A stretch of 63,472 nt of DNA, filler included, from Trichosphaerium sp. ATCC 40318 (taxonomy: Eukaryota > Protista > Tubulinea), in the NCBI GenBank assembly GCA_038496445.1. It is 3 parts of 3 records of this genome, joined end to end, with 100 filler letters (N's around TTAATTAATTAA, not from the genome) between each part and the next. Parts side by side here need not be neighbours in the genome. Positions count along the whole stretch, not along the records: positions 52,798 to 63,472 come from JALMLS010000169.1; 2 more parts are not named here. One strand, 5' to 3'. The notes under the pieces were generated by a model. It did not search any database, had not been told where the DNA came from, and was given only the letters and a program-made list of their open reading frames with translations. Shown here one piece after another: positions 59,146 to 63,472 of this stretch. The position numbers and the translations under genes are program-made. The stretch's first letter is position 1, and the number at the start of each line of letters is the position of its first letter.

Positions 59146-62100
59146 TTAATATGTTACACGATTAGAAAAGTCAAAATCCTCGGTCTGCCTACCGTACGTC
59201 CGAGAAGCACTCCTTTTCCTGGGGTTATTACGGCGGTTGGCGCCAAGTTTGGTTGCGCGTATTGAGTTTGGCCAAAAGCAGGATCTGCCAGATCCCATTG
59301 AATCTCGTCGCTCAGACTCTCGTCTATTCAGCGCTATATGATGCATCGCATTGCTCAACATAGCGCCATCGTCTGTGTAATAACCCTTGGCGCGTGCGCG
59401 TTGGGTTGGATAGCCATGTACGTCATAGAAGGCGTTAACACTGGCGCTCTGTGCAGCGCCCTCAAAAGACATGCTCCGTCTGTGCTGAGGTCTATGTATG
59501 TGTTTGTTTGGCACTAATACTGGTGCTACTTCTTGTGATCGCCGCTGTTGTCGCTCTTGCGGTCGCTGTTGTTGTTGAGGCTCTACTATCCGCGACATAC
59601 GCCGACCACCTGTAGACATATTGGGTGACATTTGCACGGCAGAGGGCTGTACGATCTTGGGTTGCTTTGCAAACTTCTTTTTCAAAAATGGATGATTCAC
59701 TGCGTCCAGTGGAGTGATTCGATTTCGTGGTTCATACACCAGCATTTTAGATACTAGATCGTGAAAGGCTTCAAGTTCTGACACATTAATATCCGGCGCC
59801 TTCTTCGACTCAATAATGTCCAGTAGCGATGTCCTCTCGCCATCCTAGTACCCAATGCGTTAGTGTTTACCAAAACAAGAGACAGTGTTATGAGTAGGCA
59901 TTAACCAACCCAAAAATGTGCGTACCTGCCGCGGTAAAGTGTCCCTGCCAACCTTGAATATGTGCCTGGCGTAATAACCGCGCATCATGGTAGAGCTGGG
60001 TGGACCCAGGACGTCTATTATTTTGTACAGTTGGTCCTTTGAGTCGTCTCCTCGGAAGAGAGGCTGTGCTGTGTAGAGCTCCACCAATACGCATCCCAAA
60101 CTCCACATATCGATAGGATAGCTGTATTCAGTACCAAGCAATATCTCAGGTGCCCTGTAGTATCTACTTTGTACGTAGGGATACTTCTATTTTGTTCAAG
60201 AACGCCTTTAGTATTAAAAAAAAATAAAACTTGAAACACAAGCAAGTTGAGGCAGACATACCAGCTCGTCCTTGTTAGACGCCGATACTGAACTCCCAAA
60301 ATCTATCAACTTGACATGAGCGGACGTGGGTGATATCAACACTATGTCTAATACAAAAACGATTAGGGATGGTGAGAATATTCACAAACGTTGCGGTCGG
60401 CTTGTCCTTTTGCTTACTCTCTGGTTTTAAATCCCTGTGTATAATCTTCTTGTTGCGCAAAACAATCAAAGCGTAAAGGAGTTGATAACAAATCTTCTTA
60501 ATGACGCGCAAGGATAGGCCAGGAGACGTCTTTTCAATCGTAAAGTTTAGGAGTTTGAGGAGGTTGTGTGAGAGAAGCTCAAACACTATGCACATGTGCC
60601 CATTATGCTCAAACACTGTCTTGTATTCCACTGTAATATCATTCTTAGCATTGGAACAGGTTATAGCAATAATTTAATGGTACCTATGTGGGATGTGCCG
60701 TGCGGCGATGCATTCAAAAATTTGAGTATTTCAATCTCCTGGCGAGCACCACTTCCAAAAATAAATATTGTATTTCCGTAATAAGGTAATGACTAATACG
60801 CACGTTTTAAACGCTGGACTGTTCCGTACAATTTTTATGGCGAATTTTTCTATGAAAGCAGTAAGAAACCGTGACGTCAACATTATCATGATATCAGACA
60901 ACAAAAAAGCAAAAAAACGAGTATTCACGTCAAATCCAATCGATTTTCTGCAATACGACGATGCTGCAAACCCTTCCAGTTCTCATGAAGCTGTAGGATT
61001 CACCAAACGCACTTTCAAATTGTGCCTCTACTAAGAAAAGAATTCTATTGCTCAACAAGGTGTACCCTCTGTTCGTGTGTCTACCGCAGCGACTGCCTGA
61101 GCGTGTGATCCTGCACCCAAAATCTCTGTGACTTGATAGAAATCTCCTAACATTTCACCCAATTGTACTTTGTAGTAGTTTCGCTCCTTGACTTGCTGCA
61201 CTTGACTCAACTTATGGGCAAAAACCTGCAAAGCAAATAAGGTGAAACGGTTTTATGAAGGTTTTGTTTGCGGCCTTCAAAAACCGGCTCTTGGTTATTG
61301 TAGCGCGTAAAAATCACGAGGTTGGATGAATAAAGTACCTTGGTCAAGTTGCTGTACGTTTTGTCTAGAAAAGGGGTGAGAAGTGCAAGGCTAAATTTTT
61401 TTCAATTCAAAAAAAAAAACGTTACGTACCCAAGTTTATTGTTAGTTTCACGACTGGTGCCTGTGACCTGGGTCGCATTGTGCTCTGCTGTGTTCTGTTC
61501 TGGTGTAGTGCATCCGTCGAATTGCCATGGGCAAATGCATCATACGCGGACCTGCCTGACTCGTGGTTCCACATGCTGGTCGGTTCTGAGGACCTGTTCA
61601 CGGACGGGCTGTTAGGAGTAACAAAGATAAATGAGGCAGGTTAGCGCTTTTTTCGCTTTACGGCAAACAGTGTGTAACAATCACAACGTAGGGCGTACAC
61701 CATGTTCACTTCGCTCTGTGCGTGTGAGGCAACGTTATGTTTGGAAGTGGAATGAAGTGCTGAAGCGGAAGCCTGTGCAGTGATCGTAACATCGTTGCCA
61801 AACCCCTGTTCCGTTGTTGCAAGCCCAGTTTGTTCTATAGTCTCCGGTGTGAAAGGCGTCGGCAATTCTCTACTCTGGATCAATGTCGTGGATAGAGAAA
61901 CGCGCCAAAAGAAAAAACAAGCCAAAAAAACCGAAAATCAAAAAAAAAGCAAAAAAAAAAAATACCCAATCTGCGCTTTACCTACGCACAACAAAACCAA
62001 AAGGTATTGGTTTGTACAACCGAAAAAAATTATCGTTTCACGCACGTGGCGCAACCAGGAAAAAAAATAAACCAAAAAAAAAAGCAAAAAAAAAAAATTA

Positions 62101-62261
62101 GCGTGGCCGTTCTTTTTTACTGGGCATGTGTTAACGCACGTGCTACTATTAACGAATGATTTAAACGATCCATTAGACTCAGATTTTAGGCATCGTCTAG
62201 CTTTGGCTCTCTCGTGTAGTACTTCTGTACTTTCATCGTAGCTGGTGTCTCGTTTGCTCAT
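59146..62261 (-). CDS. Multi-exon DYRK/Yak1-family protein kinase
   Basis: [56 protein letters not shown] (YxY activation motif), IDMWSLGC. Start tentative. Confidence 0.88.
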
Positions 62262-62650
62262 TGGCGCACTCCAAACACAAAAAAAGTGCGCTTTGCCGCC
62301 GTGCCTTGCGTTCTATGATCGAAAATGATGTTAAATCGACCTGAAATATTGTTCTTTGACTTATTTGCGCTCAGGTGATTTTTTTTATGAGGTAGTTCAG
62401 AAAATTATGTTAAGGCGAATGACACCCTTCCTTTTTGTCGTCAATATACGTTACACTGTATAGCGCCACGGTACGCAGTATTACACCTAGGCGATGTACA
62501 GTAAGTTATCCCGTTTGGTATCAACCCTTTTTTTTTGGTACAAACCAGTACTAGTAGGTACCTACAACCGTTTTTCATTTTCGTGTCATGACATAATAAA
62601 ATTTCTTCCGTTGGCTTATTCGGTATTTTAATTGTGTGGTCTATCTAATT

Positions 62651-63402
62651 TTACAATGGGGCTTGGTAGCTTTTTTTTACAACGTGTGGTACTCTTCCCG
62701 AAGAAATAAGCTCGCTATGGTTGTCTTCTGGCGCTTCGGTATGTCCTGTACAAGTTAGTCCCGGATGTGCACTAACGACATTTCTTTTGTTTTCAAAACC
62801 CAAAAAAAAAAAAAGAGAATTGTTTTTCGCATTCATTCACGCACCTTGCTCTGTGTGTGGTCGGTGTTGGTGGCCGTGGTTTCCGTTGTGAGGGTGGTTA
62901 CACGATCCTGATGAATGGCTGTGGTTGTGCCCCTCGCCGTGAGCGTGTTCAGCAGCGTTATGCGCATGTCCAGAACCTGCCACTTTAGGATATTGTCTTC
63001 GTTTGGTTTTACTCCTTTTCCTTGCCGCTGTTGTACCACTTGCTTCGATAGTATTAATAGGTGCGCCAGCAGCCATACGATCAGCTATATTAACTATCAC
63101 CGTCTTTTGCACTTGTAAGTCATATTTCAGTTTTGTCGTCTCCTGCAGCAATCTTCCATTGCGTTCTATTTCAGTTTGCAACTGCTTCATCAACTTGTTC
63201 CTTTGGTTATGGAGTGTAACAATAGAGGCACTTGCTTCCCGCTCGGCGGCCTCATATCTCCCTCTAGCGGCTTGAAGTTTTACCAATTCCGCGTTATACA
63301 CGCTGTCATTGCTGGGCAATCTCTTGGGACTGTCGCTTTGCTGTGGCTTTGCTGCTTCCAGTTTGTCAGCACGTGCTATGGCTTCATCGCGTTGGCGTTC
63401 AG
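62651..63402 (-). CDS. 3' exons of a coiled-coil protein with His-rich tail; gene continues beyond the window
   Basis: ERQRDEAIARADKLE...LHNQRNKLMKQLQTEIERN...HAHGEGHNHSH. Probable last intron with ACTAAC branch site, and a final exon GHTEAPED...QAPL*. Confidence 0.6.
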
Positions 63403-63472
63403 CTAGGGGTATATGTTAGGTTATTGTATCGGTTTATTGGATTATCAGATTTGCTTTAACGTACCAGCGGGA

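Overview
AT-rich eukaryotic DNA with many short GT-AG introns (GTACGT...CTAAC...YAG). The gene content (C2-arrestin-SAM, Clu-LRR, DENN-ANK-RhoGEF) suggests an amoebozoan-like protist; this is inference. Two artificial 100-bp N44-TTAATTAATTAA-N44 linkers (24826-24925, 52698-52797) split the window into three contigs. Contig 1 holds a C2-arrestin-SAM gene, an intron-rich bacterial-type CotH/lamin-tail surface protein, a complete young Ty3/Gypsy element with identical 95-bp LTRs, a Clu-LRR gene, giant-virus-like MORN-variant genes and an ependymin-related gene. Contig 2 holds several host genes and a 31-46 kb accessory region with F-box/LRR paralogs, a poly(T)-tailed LINE fragment and a perfect 177-bp inverted repeat. 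That region also contains the main discovery: at least eight diverged copies of an apparently unannotated structured ncRNA gene. Copies share a covarying core (P1 helix plus a 7-nt UAUAAAU-loop hairpin), a constant-length but variable-sequence 3' segment and an oligo(T) end, and six have a DUSE-like upstream element at fixed spacing. Contig 3 holds a ~1-kb inverted-repeat-flanked, CpG-decayed Harbinger/ISL2EU-type transposase relic, a truncated pescadillo-like gene, a DYRK kinase and the 3' end of a coiled-coil gene. Multi-exon gene boundaries and ncRNA 5' ends were read by eye and are approximate.
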